A program made the position numbers and the translations under genes. Of a stretch of 64,000 nt of DNA, positions 45,286 through 54,744 are shown in pieces (position 1 is the first letter of the stretch; every line of letters starts with the position of its first letter). The stretch comes from Candidatus Latescibacterota bacterium (GTDB lineage: Bacteria > Latescibacterota > UBA2968 > UBA8231): assembly GCA_965203175.1 (NCBI GenBank), contig OZ241867.1, positions 896,001-960,000 on the forward strand, read 5' to 3'. A model generated the notes under the pieces. The model was given only the letters and a program-made list of their open reading frames with translations. It ran no database searches and was not told the DNA's origin.

Positions 45286-46083
45286 ATGGAGGCCAACTGG
45301 AAAGAGCTCAAAAAAGAATTCTTCGACACCGGCTACGTCGTACTCGACGGCTGGATCGAGCCCGAGTTGGTGGAGCGGACCAAACAGGACGCCCACCAGT
45401 GCGGAGGCATCGACATCTTCGAGTGCGAGAGCATCGGCGATTTGCTCTGCCACGCCAAGGTCGTCGAATTCATCGCCTTCCTGCTGGAGACGCCGGAGGT
45501 GGCCATCAGCCCCTTCCGCTTCTGGAACCACCTTACGCAAGGCGGGCAAAGCGATGGCGGCGGCTGGCACGTGGACGACACCTATATGTCCGACCGACCG
45601 CTGACCGAGATCTTGTGTATGTACTACCCGCAGGACGTGGAGGAAGACATGGGGCCGACCATGCTGTTGCCCGGCAGCCACCGACGGCTCTACACGCCGC
45701 CGCAGACCGCCAAACTAGGCTGGATCCGCGGGCAGCAGAAAGTGGTCGTCAAGGCCGGTGCCCTCGCCGTGACCTTCCCCTCGATTCTCCACGCCCGCGC
45801 CGCGCACTTGTCCGCCAAGCCGCGCTCCATGATCAAATACGGCTACGAGGTCGCCGACCCCCAATACGGCTACTACCTGACCGAGCAGGCCTACCGCAAC
45901 TTCCGCCGCACCGAGTTAGGGCGCTCGCTGACAGAGCTAGCCGAGGTCAAAGACAAGGACGACGCGCTGTGGAACTCCTATTGGAAATCGCATCCAAGCT
46001 ATACTTTTCAAGACTTCAAGCACCAAATCGGCGTAGTCGGACGGCGGCTGCGCAAGCACCTCGACCACGAACAGATTAGCTAA
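45286..46083 (+). CDS. PhyH-family dioxygenase
   Basis: FFDTGY, WHVD, MGPTMLLPGSH, ILHAR. Confidence 0.88.
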   Translation: MEANWKELKKEFFDTGYVVLDGWIEPELVERTKQDAHQCGGIDIFECESIGDLLCHAKVVEFIAFLLETPEVAISPFRFWNHLTQGGQSDGGGWHVDDTYMSDRPLTEILCMYYPQDVEEDMGPTMLLPGSHRRLYTPPQTAKLGWIRGQQKVVVKAGALAVTFPSILHARAAHLSAKPRSMIKYGYEVADPQYGYYLTEQAYRNFRRTELGRSLTELAEVKDKDDALWNSYWKSHPSYTFQDFKHQIGVVGRRLRKHLDHEQIS

Positions 46084-46100
46084 CGACGAGGAGGGATTCG

Positions 46101-46472
46101 ATGGTACACAAAATCCACAAAATCGCGGTCATAACCGACGACATCGAAGGAGCGGTAGAGTTCTACACTCAAAAACTAGGGCTGACCGTGGTAGAGCGCT
46201 TTCACAACGACGACGACGAGGACTATGTCTTTCTCGACGCCGGCGGTATCCTGCTGGAACTCATGCCGCAAAAGAGCATGGGGCTGGACCCTGGTTTCCA
46301 CCATATCTCCTTTGATGTCGACAGCGTGGAAGACAGCGCACAGGAGTTGAAGGACAAGGGCGTCGCCATCACCAAAGAGCCTTTCGACGTTGGAGGGGGC
46401 ACCGGCATCACCTTGGGGTTTTTCGCGGGACCGAACCAACTGAACCTGCAACTCTTCCACCGCGAGAAATGA
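46101..46472 (+). CDS. VOC-family protein (methylmalonyl-CoA epimerase/glyoxalase-like)
   Basis: IAVITDDIEGAVEFY, LLEL, GFHHISFDV. Confidence 0.88.
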   Translation: MVHKIHKIAVITDDIEGAVEFYTQKLGLTVVERFHNDDDEDYVFLDAGGILLELMPQKSMGLDPGFHHISFDVDSVEDSAQELKDKGVAITKEPFDVGGGTGITLGFFAGPNQLNLQLFHREK

Positions 46473-46479
46473 GGTCGTC

Positions 46480-47298
46480 ATGCGCATAGCCAGAGCCGAC
46501 CGTGCAGACATGAAGGAACTGAGCGACGTCCACGGCGGAGCCGGGACGATCCTCTTCAACCGCCTGTGGGAACGCGGCGATTTCGCGACGCCCTTCGCTT
46601 TTGTCCACTGCGCGATCCTCCTACCCGGCAGCGGGATTGGCTACCACCGCCACGACGACAGCGAGGAGATTTTCATCGCCGTTGACAACGCCTCGCAGTT
46701 CACCCACAACGGACGCACGGCCGTAGTCGAGGGCGGGGCCGCAGTGCCGCTGCGCTCGGGCGAGATCCACGCCATCTACAACCACACCGACCGCGAGACC
46801 CGCTGGTTCAACGTCCACTGCGTGGTTCCCGGAGGCGATCCTAAATCGACCGACTTGGGAGACGATCGGGTCGGTGCTGAACTGGAATCCACCGACCGCC
46901 TGCCGGTGGGGCGGCTGGACCGCGGTGCGCTAAAATACGGCCAGGCGCATGGCGGTAAGGGCGAAGTCGGCGGCCGGCTTATCTGGGGGCCAGAGGATTT
47001 CCGCAGCAATTTTTACTGTTTGGCTCACTGTCTGTTGCCGCCGGACACCTCGCTCGGCTACCACCGCCACGAAGGCGTCGAGGAAGTTTATATCATCATC
47101 GAAGGCAGCGGGCGGATGACAGTAGATGATGAGACGCAGGAGGTCGCGCAGTGGGATGCGATTCCCAGCCGATTGGGGGGCAGCCACGGCCTCTATAACC
47201 ACACTCAAGAAAATCTCGAATTACTGGTCGTCGCCGTCTGCGCCGAGAAGGGGCAGTTCGACTCAACGGACCTCGGCGACGATCTAAGCCAACGCTAA
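46480..47298 (+). CDS. Bicupin protein
   Basis: Two repeats: HGG.G..., GYHRH...EE....G..H..YNHT....STDLGDD. Confidence 0.9.
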   Translation: MRIARADRADMKELSDVHGGAGTILFNRLWERGDFATPFAFVHCAILLPGSGIGYHRHDDSEEIFIAVDNASQFTHNGRTAVVEGGAAVPLRSGEIHAIYNHTDRETRWFNVHCVVPGGDPKSTDLGDDRVGAELESTDRLPVGRLDRGALKYGQAHGGKGEVGGRLIWGPEDFRSNFYCLAHCLLPPDTSLGYHRHEGVEEVYIIIEGSGRMTVDDETQEVAQWDAIPSRLGGSHGLYNHTQENLELLVVAVCAEKGQFDSTDLGDDLSQR

Positions 47299-47315
47299 CA
47301 GAAAGGACTAGTCCT

Positions 47316-48098
47316 ATGGCATCCGTGAAAATCACCTTTATCGGCCACGCTTCTTTCCGCTTCGAGTCCGACAAAGGCTCGGTCACTTACTTCGACGCTT
47401 GGCTCGACGACAATCCCACCGCCAAGATGAAGCTCAGTCAGGTCAAAGAAGCCGATATCGTCATCGCCACCCACGGTCACAGCGACCACATCGGCGACTC
47501 CTATGAGATCTGCAAGCGCACCAAGGCCAAGTTCGTCGGCAACTACGAGCTTTGCTCGGTCGCCGAAGCCGTGCATGGACTCAAGATGGGCTCGCGGGCG
47601 CTGTCGCTGAATCCCGGCGGCGGGACCAAGGTCAAGGACGCCACGATTACCATGGTGCAGGCCCATCACTCGCAATCGCTATCGCCGCACGTCATCGGCG
47701 GCGAGTTGCCGGAGGGATTGCTTTTCCACCCCGACAGCGCGGTCAACGGTTTTATCGTTGCCTACGACAACGGCATTTCCATCTACGACACCTCCGACAC
47801 CTGCCTATTCAGCGATATGCAGCTCATCGGCCAGATGTACGGACCGCAGATCGCGATTATGCCAGTGGGCGGGCAGTACACCATGGGGATCCGCGAGGCA
47901 GCGCGCGCGGCGAGCCTGATTCGCCCCGACATCGTCATTCCCTGCCACTACGGGCCGATTATGAATCAGCCGGCCGACATCAGCGCGTTGAGCGAAGCGG
48001 TACAATTCCTCTCGCCGAATACGCAGGTGGTAGAGATGCAGCCTGGGCAGACGCTGACCTATACGGCGAGTAGCTATCGGGTTAGGGGCCGCAAGTAG
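47316..48098 (+). CDS. Metallo-beta-lactamase-fold hydrolase (UPF0173-like)
   Basis: GHASF, THGHSDHIGD, AHHS, YTMG, IPCHY. Confidence 0.9.
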   Translation: MASVKITFIGHASFRFESDKGSVTYFDAWLDDNPTAKMKLSQVKEADIVIATHGHSDHIGDSYEICKRTKAKFVGNYELCSVAEAVHGLKMGSRALSLNPGGGTKVKDATITMVQAHHSQSLSPHVIGGELPEGLLFHPDSAVNGFIVAYDNGISIYDTSDTCLFSDMQLIGQMYGPQIAIMPVGGQYTMGIREAARAASLIRPDIVIPCHYGPIMNQPADISALSEAVQFLSPNTQVVEMQPGQTLTYTASSYRVRGRK

Positions 48099-48234
48099 CA
48101 TCGACTTTCAGGCCAACGACCTCAATGCGGTAATTCGCAAATCCTCGTACCGAAGTGCTCGCGGAAAGCTCCCACGTCCTCATCGTCCACTACTTGGGAT
48201 CTGATATTTTCTAGCACAGGCAGGAGGAAGAGAT

Positions 48235-49152
48235 ATGCCATCACGCCAAGTCTATATTTCCGGACAGTTGGTCCCGGAAGAGGACGCAAAGATTTCAATT
48301 TTCGACACCGCTGTGACTCTGGGCGATACAGTTACCGAATCGACGCGGACGTTCGCGCACCGGCCGTTCAAGCTGGACCGGCACATCGAACGGCTGTACA
48401 TGTCGCTCAAGGTGACGCGGATCGACCCAGGGTGCAATCCGGAGGAACTGAAGAGAATCACTCTGGATCTGCTGGAGGCCAATCTGGCCCTGATCGGTCC
48501 AGATGAGGAGTACTGGATCGTGCACAACATATCCCGCGGTCGCTTTGTGCCCGGTCCCGATCCCACCGTACAATCAGGTGCGGCGACCGTGATGATCAAC
48601 AACTCGCCCCTCGATCTGCGCGGCTGGGCCTCCTTTTACAGCGCCGGCTGCCACGCCGTGACCGCAATGAGCCGGATGATTCCCTCCCAGTCTTTGGATG
48701 CGCGCGTGAAAAATCGCAGTCGGATGGCGTATACGCTCGCGGAGATAGAGGTAAAACTGGTCGATCCAGCGGCGCAGGGCATCATTCTGGATATCCACGG
48801 AAACGTGGGCGAGAACAAGGGTGGTAATGTCTTTGTCGTGAGCAACGGGGAGCTGCGCACCCCAACAGCGCAAAACTGCCTGGCCGGGATCAGTCGGGAG
48901 ACAGTTCTGGAGCTGGCCGCGCAGCTAGGCATTCCAGCTCGAGAAATGGAGTTGCAGCCGTACGACCTCTATACGGCCGACGAGCTCTTCTTCACGAGCA
49001 CACCGTACTGCATTATGCCAGCCACCCTGTTCAACGGCCTGCCAGTGGGCGACGGCCAGGTGGGAGCGGTGGCTAGGCGGCTGCTAGGGGCGTGGAGTGA
49101 ACAAGTGGGAGTCGATATCGCGAAGCAAGCCGAAGAGCAGATGAACGATTGA
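48235..49152 (+). CDS. Class IV PLP aminotransferase (paralog of 41382..42299)
   Basis: FKLDRHIERL, KNRSR, ENKGGNVF, LAGISR, ADELFFTSTPYC. Confidence 0.9.
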   Translation: MPSRQVYISGQLVPEEDAKISIFDTAVTLGDTVTESTRTFAHRPFKLDRHIERLYMSLKVTRIDPGCNPEELKRITLDLLEANLALIGPDEEYWIVHNISRGRFVPGPDPTVQSGAATVMINNSPLDLRGWASFYSAGCHAVTAMSRMIPSQSLDARVKNRSRMAYTLAEIEVKLVDPAAQGIILDIHGNVGENKGGNVFVVSNGELRTPTAQNCLAGISRETVLELAAQLGIPAREMELQPYDLYTADELFFTSTPYCIMPATLFNGLPVGDGQVGAVARRLLGAWSEQVGVDIAKQAEEQMND

Positions 49153-49227
49153 CCGGGGACTTTCAAAGGGCGCGTCCGCGACGTGGACCAGTGGTGCTGC
49201 CTAGTTGATCGACACCAGGAGACCGCA

Positions 49228-50256
49228 ATGACATTTGCAAACATGCTGAGGGCCGTCCACTATCAGGACGTGGACCCCGGGACTCAGTGGATCAAGGACG
49301 CCGCCGTCGCCGTCGATTCCAACGGACCGCTCGATGCAGACCGCACCCTCACTCCGAATGTGGTCAAAATGGACGGCGGATACCGCATGTACTATCACGG
49401 CTTCGGGCCGGAGCGTCCAAACGCGGCTTCAAAGGGGTACATCCTCAGTGCCTTCTCCACCGATGCCGAGCAGTGGGAGAAGGAGCCGGGCGTCAGAATG
49501 GATGCGGGCGGAGAGGGTGCCGAACACTACATCTGGAGCCCGGACGTCATTCCGCTAGTGGATGGCCGCTACCGCATGTACTACGAGGGGAAGACCGAAA
49601 AGGGGGACGGCCAAGTCAAGGCCGCAATTGTGAGTGCTGTTTCCGCCGACGGTCTGGTCTGGGAACGGGAGCCGGGCCTGCGCCTAGCCGGAGAAAGCGT
49701 CTCCTATCTGGCACCTCGCTGTCTCCACCTCGACCCGGTCGCAGAAAAGGGCGGCTCCCGCTTTCGCCTCTACGCCAGTGCCTATCCCTATCCGGATGTT
49801 GCTGGCAACAAAAAGATCGTCAGCGCCGTATCAGAAGATGGTCTAGTATTCCAGTTGGAGCCCGGTGTTCGCATACCCCAAGATCAATCGCTGGAAAGTT
49901 ATGCAGTCTACGCCCCGGAGGTTTTGCGCCTAGGCGAGGGCGGCTTCCGCATGTACTACGCAGGCTGGACGTCGGCTCCAGAGGTCCCCCGTGGGTCAAA
50001 GTATCACGGCAGAATCTTCAGCGCATTTTCCGCGAACGGACTGCAGTGGGTCAAAGATCCGGGAATCTGCATTGACAATGGAGGACCATGGGACGCAGCC
50101 AAGGCTTCAGAGCCGTGTGTGATTGACCTTCCCGACGGCCGCTTCCGCATGTTCTACGAAGCCTGCGATCTCGACGGACGCTGGCGCATTGCCAGCGCGA
50201 CTTCGGTTGCATCTACCGCGCCAAGGACCATCCATACAACAAGCAATCACCCATAG
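49228..50256 (+). CDS. Five-bladed beta-propeller, glycoside-hydrolase-like (GH43/32/130 clan) protein
   Basis: Blade repeats P.V......YRMYY...I.SA.S.DG..W.KEPG.R. Confidence 0.75.
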   Translation: MTFANMLRAVHYQDVDPGTQWIKDAAVAVDSNGPLDADRTLTPNVVKMDGGYRMYYHGFGPERPNAASKGYILSAFSTDAEQWEKEPGVRMDAGGEGAEHYIWSPDVIPLVDGRYRMYYEGKTEKGDGQVKAAIVSAVSADGLVWEREPGLRLAGESVSYLAPRCLHLDPVAEKGGSRFRLYASAYPYPDVAGNKKIVSAVSEDGLVFQLEPGVRIPQDQSLESYAVYAPEVLRLGEGGFRMYYAGWTSAPEVPRGSKYHGRIFSAFSANGLQWVKDPGICIDNGGPWDAAKASEPCVIDLPDGRFRMFYEACDLDGRWRIASATSVASTAPRTIHTTSNHP

Positions 50257-50272
50257 CCAAAGGAGCACCGCC

Positions 50273-51397
50273 ATGTCGGGCACTGAAGCCCCCATCGGAC
50301 CCAATGATGCGATTAAAGTCACCAAAATCGAGACGTTCGTCCTCAAAAACTCCTGGGTCTTCGTCAAGATCTCGACGGACGCGGGCATCACCGGTTGGGG
50401 CGAGATGCTCAAAGACGACGCCAGGGCCTGTGCCGCCGGCGCGCTCGAAGTCGCCGACTACTTAGTGGGCAAAGATCCCCGCCCAGTCACTCACCACTGG
50501 CAGGCCATCCATCGCGGTGCCTTCTATCGCGGCGGCCCGATCAAAACCGCCATCTCCTCCGGCATTGATATGGCCCTTTGGGACATCACCGGCAAATGCT
50601 ATGGCGTACCCGTGTACAAGCTGCTCGGCGGCCCCACGCGCGAGCGGATTCGGGTTTATGGCGAGGTAAGCGAGAAGACCGGCGTCAACGCCATGAAGGT
50701 GGGGCCGGGCACGTCGCGTTCCCCCTTCAAATACATCGAGGGCCAAAAATTCGTCGATGAGATCGTCGAGCGCTTCAAGGCGCTGCGCGAACAACACGGC
50801 TCCAGCGTCGATATCGCCGTTGACTTTCACGGTGCCGTGCAGCCTCCTACCGCCCTGTTGCTCGTCAAGGCGCTTGAACCGTATCATCCTTGGTTCTACG
50901 AGGAAATTGTCCAGGCTCTCAACATCGACGTCATGGCCGAAATCGCCGCAAAGACCCACATCCCCATTGCCACGGGCGAGCGCATCTTTACCAAGTGGGG
51001 GTTCAAGGAAATTCTCGAAAAACGCGCCGCCCACATCCTCCAGCCGGACGTTTGCTATGCCGGCGGCATCACCGAATTGAAGATCATCGCCGGCATGGCC
51101 GAGGCCTACTACTCGCCGCTGGCCCCACACAACCCCCAAGGTCCCTGCTCGCTTGCCGCGAGTCTGCAAGTCGCCGCTTCCATCCCCAACTTTCTCATCC
51201 AAGAGCGCGGCGACAACGAATACGCAGACCTGCTCGCCAAACCCTTGCCACCAGTCGCCAACGGCCACCGACCGCTACCCCCGGATCCCGGCCTCGGTAT
51301 CACCATCGACGAAGACAAGCTCATGGACCAAGTCGGCGAACCGAGTCCCTATCGAGCGCACCTTGATCCCGACGATGGGTCGGTCGTGGACTGGTAG
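50273..51397 (+). CDS. Mandelate racemase/enolase-superfamily acid-sugar dehydratase (DgoD-like)
   Basis: FYRGGP, SGIDMALWDI.GK, VDFHG, YEE, ATGER, ILQPD, APHNP. Confidence 0.88.
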   Translation: MSGTEAPIGPNDAIKVTKIETFVLKNSWVFVKISTDAGITGWGEMLKDDARACAAGALEVADYLVGKDPRPVTHHWQAIHRGAFYRGGPIKTAISSGIDMALWDITGKCYGVPVYKLLGGPTRERIRVYGEVSEKTGVNAMKVGPGTSRSPFKYIEGQKFVDEIVERFKALREQHGSSVDIAVDFHGAVQPPTALLLVKALEPYHPWFYEEIVQALNIDVMAEIAAKTHIPIATGERIFTKWGFKEILEKRAAHILQPDVCYAGGITELKIIAGMAEAYYSPLAPHNPQGPCSLAASLQVAASIPNFLIQERGDNEYADLLAKPLPPVANGHRPLPPDPGLGITIDEDKLMDQVGEPSPYRAHLDPDDGSVVDW

Positions 51398-51433
51398 GAC
51401 GGAGAGAAGGCATACGAATCGGAGGAATACATT

Positions 51434-51622
51434 ATGAAGCGCACTTTTAGCGTGAAGGCTATCTGGGACGATGAGGCGCAGGTCTTCTATGCCCAAAGCG
51501 ACATTGAGGGCCTACATATTGAGGCTGCCAGTCTTGATGAATTTGAAGAAATCATGCTGGACGCGGCACCTGAATTGATTATGGCCAACCATCGAAGTGC
51601 GTCCGAGATCGCCGAACACTAG
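51434..51622 (+). CDS. DUF1902 (HicB-like) antitoxin-type protein, short and possibly truncated
   Basis: VKAIWDDEAQVFYAQSDIEGLHIEA.SLDE...PELI.AN; GGAGG RBS. Confidence 0.75.
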   Translation: MKRTFSVKAIWDDEAQVFYAQSDIEGLHIEAASLDEFEEIMLDAAPELIMANHRSASEIAEH

Positions 51623-51634
51623 AAAGGGGCGCTT

Positions 51635-51979
51635 ATGAATGCCATTGAAGCCCATATCGACAGCGCCACGATCCAAGCTATAGCGCGACTGATTGTCGAA
51701 CGCTTTGATCCTGAACAGATCATTCTTTTTGGCAGCCATGCTCGTGGAGAGGTCGGAGCGCACAGCGATTTGGATCTGCTGGTCGTGCTTCGTACAGGCG
51801 TAGGACAGCCACAGCATGGCAATCCAATTCGTCGGGCGATTGCCGAGCGGTTCGTCCTGCCCGTTGATGTGGTCGTCCGCTCTCCAGAAGTCCTCGCCGA
51901 GCAGCGCGATGATCCGTATTCCTTGATTCACAAGGTGCTGGAAGAGGGGAAAGTGCTGTATGAGCGACGTGTCGCCTGA
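51635..51979 (+). CDS. Minimal nucleotidyltransferase (MNT) antitoxin
   Basis: IILFGSHARG....SDLDLLVV, VDVVV. Confidence 0.92.
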   Translation: MNAIEAHIDSATIQAIARLIVERFDPEQIILFGSHARGEVGAHSDLDLLVVLRTGVGQPQHGNPIRRAIAERFVLPVDVVVRSPEVLAEQRDDPYSLIHKVLEEGKVLYERRVA

Positions 51980-52343
51980 ACAAGAGTGGTTCGAGAAGGC
52001 CGACCAAGATCTGGATATGGCCCGACGGGCGTTAGGACCAGAAAAACCCCTCCCGGGGATGGCCTGCTACCACGCTCAGCAATGCGCCGAGAAATATCTA
52101 AAGGGCTATCTGATCGCTCACTCAGTGCCTTTCCGCTTTGTACATGATCTCGTTTATCTTACGCAGCTATGCACGGCACGCGAACCAGCCTTTGAGGCAC
52201 TGATGTCGGCTGCTGAAATTTTAGGTGAGTATGGGACGACGGTGCGCTATCCGATGGAGGGATCAGAAGACCCCGATGTAGAAACGGCCAAGGAAGCGAT
52301 CCGACTGGCCGAACAGGTTGCTGCTTTAGTCGTGCAGAGTTAA
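51960..52343 (+). CDS. HEPN-domain protein (MNT-HEPN pair)
   Basis: WFEKADQDL, CYHAQQCAEKYLKGYL, HDL, RYP; overlaps the MNT gene. Confidence 0.92.
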   Translation: MSDVSPEQEWFEKADQDLDMARRALGPEKPLPGMACYHAQQCAEKYLKGYLIAHSVPFRFVHDLVYLTQLCTAREPAFEALMSAAEILGEYGTTVRYPMEGSEDPDVETAKEAIRLAEQVAALVVQS

Positions 52344-52386
52344 AGCTGGTTCTATGAGAGTTTTGAAACGAAAAAGAAAAAATACC

Positions 52387-52656
52387 ATGGAGCTTCACGA
52401 ACTCGTCCTTGAGATGAAGCAGCTTGAACGGCGGCTCATGCTCTACGAAGAAAAATACGGTATTCTCAGCCAAGATTTTTACAACATCTTAAAAGCGGGC
52501 AAGCTATCGCACTACGACGATTTTGACGAAACTCGAACGGATTTCAGCCGATGGAAAGGCATTTACGAAACTTGGCAACGCCGCAAGACAGCCTATAACG
52601 AACAAATCCAACAAAGCGATCCAGCCGACGCATTGCGTGTACAACCTGCTTATTGA
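52387..52656 (+). CDS. TumA-like antitoxin / small hypothetical protein
   Basis: L..YEEKYG..SQDFY....G.L......DF..W.G.Y pattern. Confidence 0.6.
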   Translation: MELHELVLEMKQLERRLMLYEEKYGILSQDFYNILKAGKLSHYDDFDETRTDFSRWKGIYETWQRRKTAYNEQIQQSDPADALRVQPAY

Positions 52657-52692
52657 TATGGCGGAAAATCCTCTTTCCCTAGGAGGAACACT

Positions 52693-52965
52693 ATGACACA
52701 AACAACCGAAAACGCAATACTTACAATCGAGAACGGCGTGTTTCACAGCAAAGAGGGCTTTGTGAGCGGCACGCCCATTTTCGTGGGGACCCGTGTACCA
52801 ATAAAGAACCTATTTGATTATCTGGCAGGTGGGCACAGTCTGGACGAATTTCTGGCCGACTTCCCGAGTGTAAGCAGTGAGCAGGCAATAAGGACGATTG
52901 ATATGGCGAGGGAAGTATTGGAGACCTCAAAACGCAGTCAGGTCATACGCATCGGAGCACCGTAA
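52693..52965 (+). CDS. DUF433-domain antitoxin-type protein
   Basis: SGTPIFVGTRVPIKNLFDYLAGGHSLDEFLADFPSVS; AGGAGG RBS. Confidence 0.88.
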   Translation: MTQTTENAILTIENGVFHSKEGFVSGTPIFVGTRVPIKNLFDYLAGGHSLDEFLADFPSVSSEQAIRTIDMAREVLETSKRSQVIRIGAP

Positions 52966-52984
52966 CACGACTATTGTTGGGGAG

Positions 52985-54286
52985 ATGAACCTCTTTTCTA
53001 AATTGCGCCGCTTAGCCCAGAAAATCAAAGATAATCCTCTCTTGAGCTTTCTCATCGGCCTGCTCGGTGCCTTGTTGGCAATTTTTGTGGTCGTCATGCT
53101 CTACGACTACCCCAAGTGGATTTTCAATCTTTTAGGGATAGCTGGAAAAGACAACCCTAAGTACGAGGCCCTGAAATTTCTGGGAATCGGCATGGGCGGC
53201 GTACTGGTCGTCCTGCAAGCCCTGATGTCCCACAGGCGTGCCAAGGCGATGGAGGATGCCGTAGAGAAAACCGAGCAGGGCCAGCGGCAGGATCGCCTGA
53301 AAAACGCCATCGAACACTTGGGGCATAAATCGGAATCCGTGCGCCTAGGCGGGGCCTACGAACTCTTCCATCTAGCGAAAGACACCAAAGAGTTACGCCA
53401 GACCGTGCTCGATATTCTCTGCGCCCATATCCGCCGGACGACGAGCGAAAGCGAATATCGGGAAACGCACAAGTCGAAACCCTCGGAAGAAGTCCAAAGC
53501 CTTTTGACGTTGCTGTTCGTACAGGAGTACGAGGTCTTCAGAGGTTGTCACATCAACTTGCAAGGAAGCTGGCTGAACGGAGCCGATCTCCGAGAAGCGC
53601 GTTTATGGAAGGCTGCTCTGATAGGAGTACATTTGCAAAAAGCCAATCTTTATAGGACACATTTCCAAAAAGCCAATCTTTATAGGGCACAACTGCAAGG
53701 AGCGAACCTTGTCGAGGCACAACTGCAAGGAACTACGCTTGACAGGGCACAACTGCAAAGCTCAATACTTAATAGGGCATTACTACAAGGAGCGAACCTT
53801 GTCGAGACACAACTGCAAGGATCAATACTTGCTAGGGCACAACTGCAAGGGGCTTCCCTTGTCGAGACAAAACTACAAGCAGCGAACCTTGTCGAGACAC
53901 AACTGCAAGGGGCTATGCTGTTCATAGGGATACAACTTCAGGGAGCCGCCCTGCGAGGGGCACAACTGCAAGGGATCGGAAGTGTAGATGGATCTTCTAT
54001 GTCTTTTCAAGATCGTATTAGGGGACAGATTGACAAAAAAAGTGATCTGTCGGAGGTAATTTTCGCAGGCGGATTAAGCCAAAAATACGTGGACTCCCTC
54101 GTCGAAGGCTTATCTGAAGATCAAGCAACGTGGCTACGGAGATTGAGGCGACACATCGATATTCCGGAAAGCTATAAACTGCCAGAAAACAGCGGTGCCA
54201 TTGGAGCCTACACTAAAGAAGACGCCGAAAAATGGATCGCCGAATATGAGAACGCCATGTCAGAAGTTCCGGCGGATGATAGCTAA
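52985..54286 (+). CDS. Membrane-anchored pentapeptide-repeat protein
   Basis: Two N-terminal TM helices, AIEHLG....VRLGGAYEL domain, tandem A[N/Q]L[Q/x]G pentapeptides. Confidence 0.92.
   Translation: MNLFSKLRRLAQKIKDNPLLSFLIGLLGALLAIFVVVMLYDYPKWIFNLLGIAGKDNPKYEALKFLGIGMGGVLVVLQALMSHRRAKAMEDAVEKTEQGQRQDRLKNAIEHLGHKSESVRLGGAYELFHLAKDTKELRQTVLDILCAHIRRTTSESEYRETHKSKPSEEVQSLLTLLFVQEYEVFRGCHINLQGSWLNGADLREARLWKAALIGVHLQKANLYRTHFQKANLYRAQLQGANLVEAQLQGTTLDRAQLQSSILNRALLQGANLVETQLQGSILARAQLQGASLVETKLQAANLVETQLQGAMLFIGIQLQGAALRGAQLQGIGSVDGSSMSFQDRIRGQIDKKSDLSEVIFAGGLSQKYVDSLVEGLSEDQATWLRRLRRHIDIPESYKLPENSGAIGAYTKEDAEKWIAEYENAMSEVPADDS
53630..53975 (+). repeat. 15/30-bp coding tandem repeats of the pentapeptide region
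   Basis: Recurrent cacaactgcaagg and gcgaaccttgtcgag; caaaaagccaatctttatagg twice. Confidence 0.85.
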
Positions 54287-54403
54287 TGCCAATCCTGCAT
54301 AGCTAACCCGCGACGCCGACATCTACGCAACCTCGCAAGTCCCTTATCGTCTCCTTCATACAGTAAATTCCTTTACAGATTTCCAATGATATAGGCCGTC
54401 CAC

Positions 54404-54440
54404 AAGGGGATGCCCTACGCAGTGAGCGGGCATCTCCCTT
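54404..54440. terminator. Stem-loop between convergent genes
   Basis: AAGGGGATGCCC...GGGCATCTCCCTT (one bulge). Confidence 0.5.
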
Positions 54441-54443
54441 CTG

Positions 54444-54727
54444 TCATGCAGCGAATTGGAGCCGAACCCCGCAAGCTCTGACAATTTTGTGAACGGTGTC
54501 AATCTTCGGGGTATTCTGCGCCGAGAGCGCACGAGACAGGCCCGATGGGTTCAGGCCGGTTCGGCACCTAGTTCCGCAACGCCGCCGATGGCGTCAGCGA
54601 CGTTGCGGAGCGCGATTATCAAGTCCTCGTGGTCGGTATCGGTGTCTTCGAACACGACATTCAGATAGGCCGCGATGTCCTGGGACGTTTTCAGGTAATC
54701 GCTAGCCTTATGTTCTCTTACGGGCAT
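54444..54727 (-). pseudogene. Addiction-module antidote (HI1420-type HTH antitoxin), frameshifted
   Basis: Frame 1 reads MPVREHKASDYLKTSQDIAAYLN...ALRNVADAIGGVAEL; frame 2 continues RTGLNPSGLSRALSAQNTPKIDTVHKIVRACGVRLQFAA*; total 284 nt implies a 1-nt deletion near 54568. Confidence 0.8.
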
Positions 54728-54744
54728 TTCGTTTCTCCTGAGTC

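Noticed and set aside
51398-52984. Integron cassette array hypothesis for the TA patch
   Set aside because: Intergenic gaps are 12-45 bp with no attC-like RYYYAAC/GTTRRRY structure, and there is no integrase in the window
53630-53975. Periodic DNA repeats resembling an array
   Set aside because: Fully explained by in-frame pentapeptide repeats
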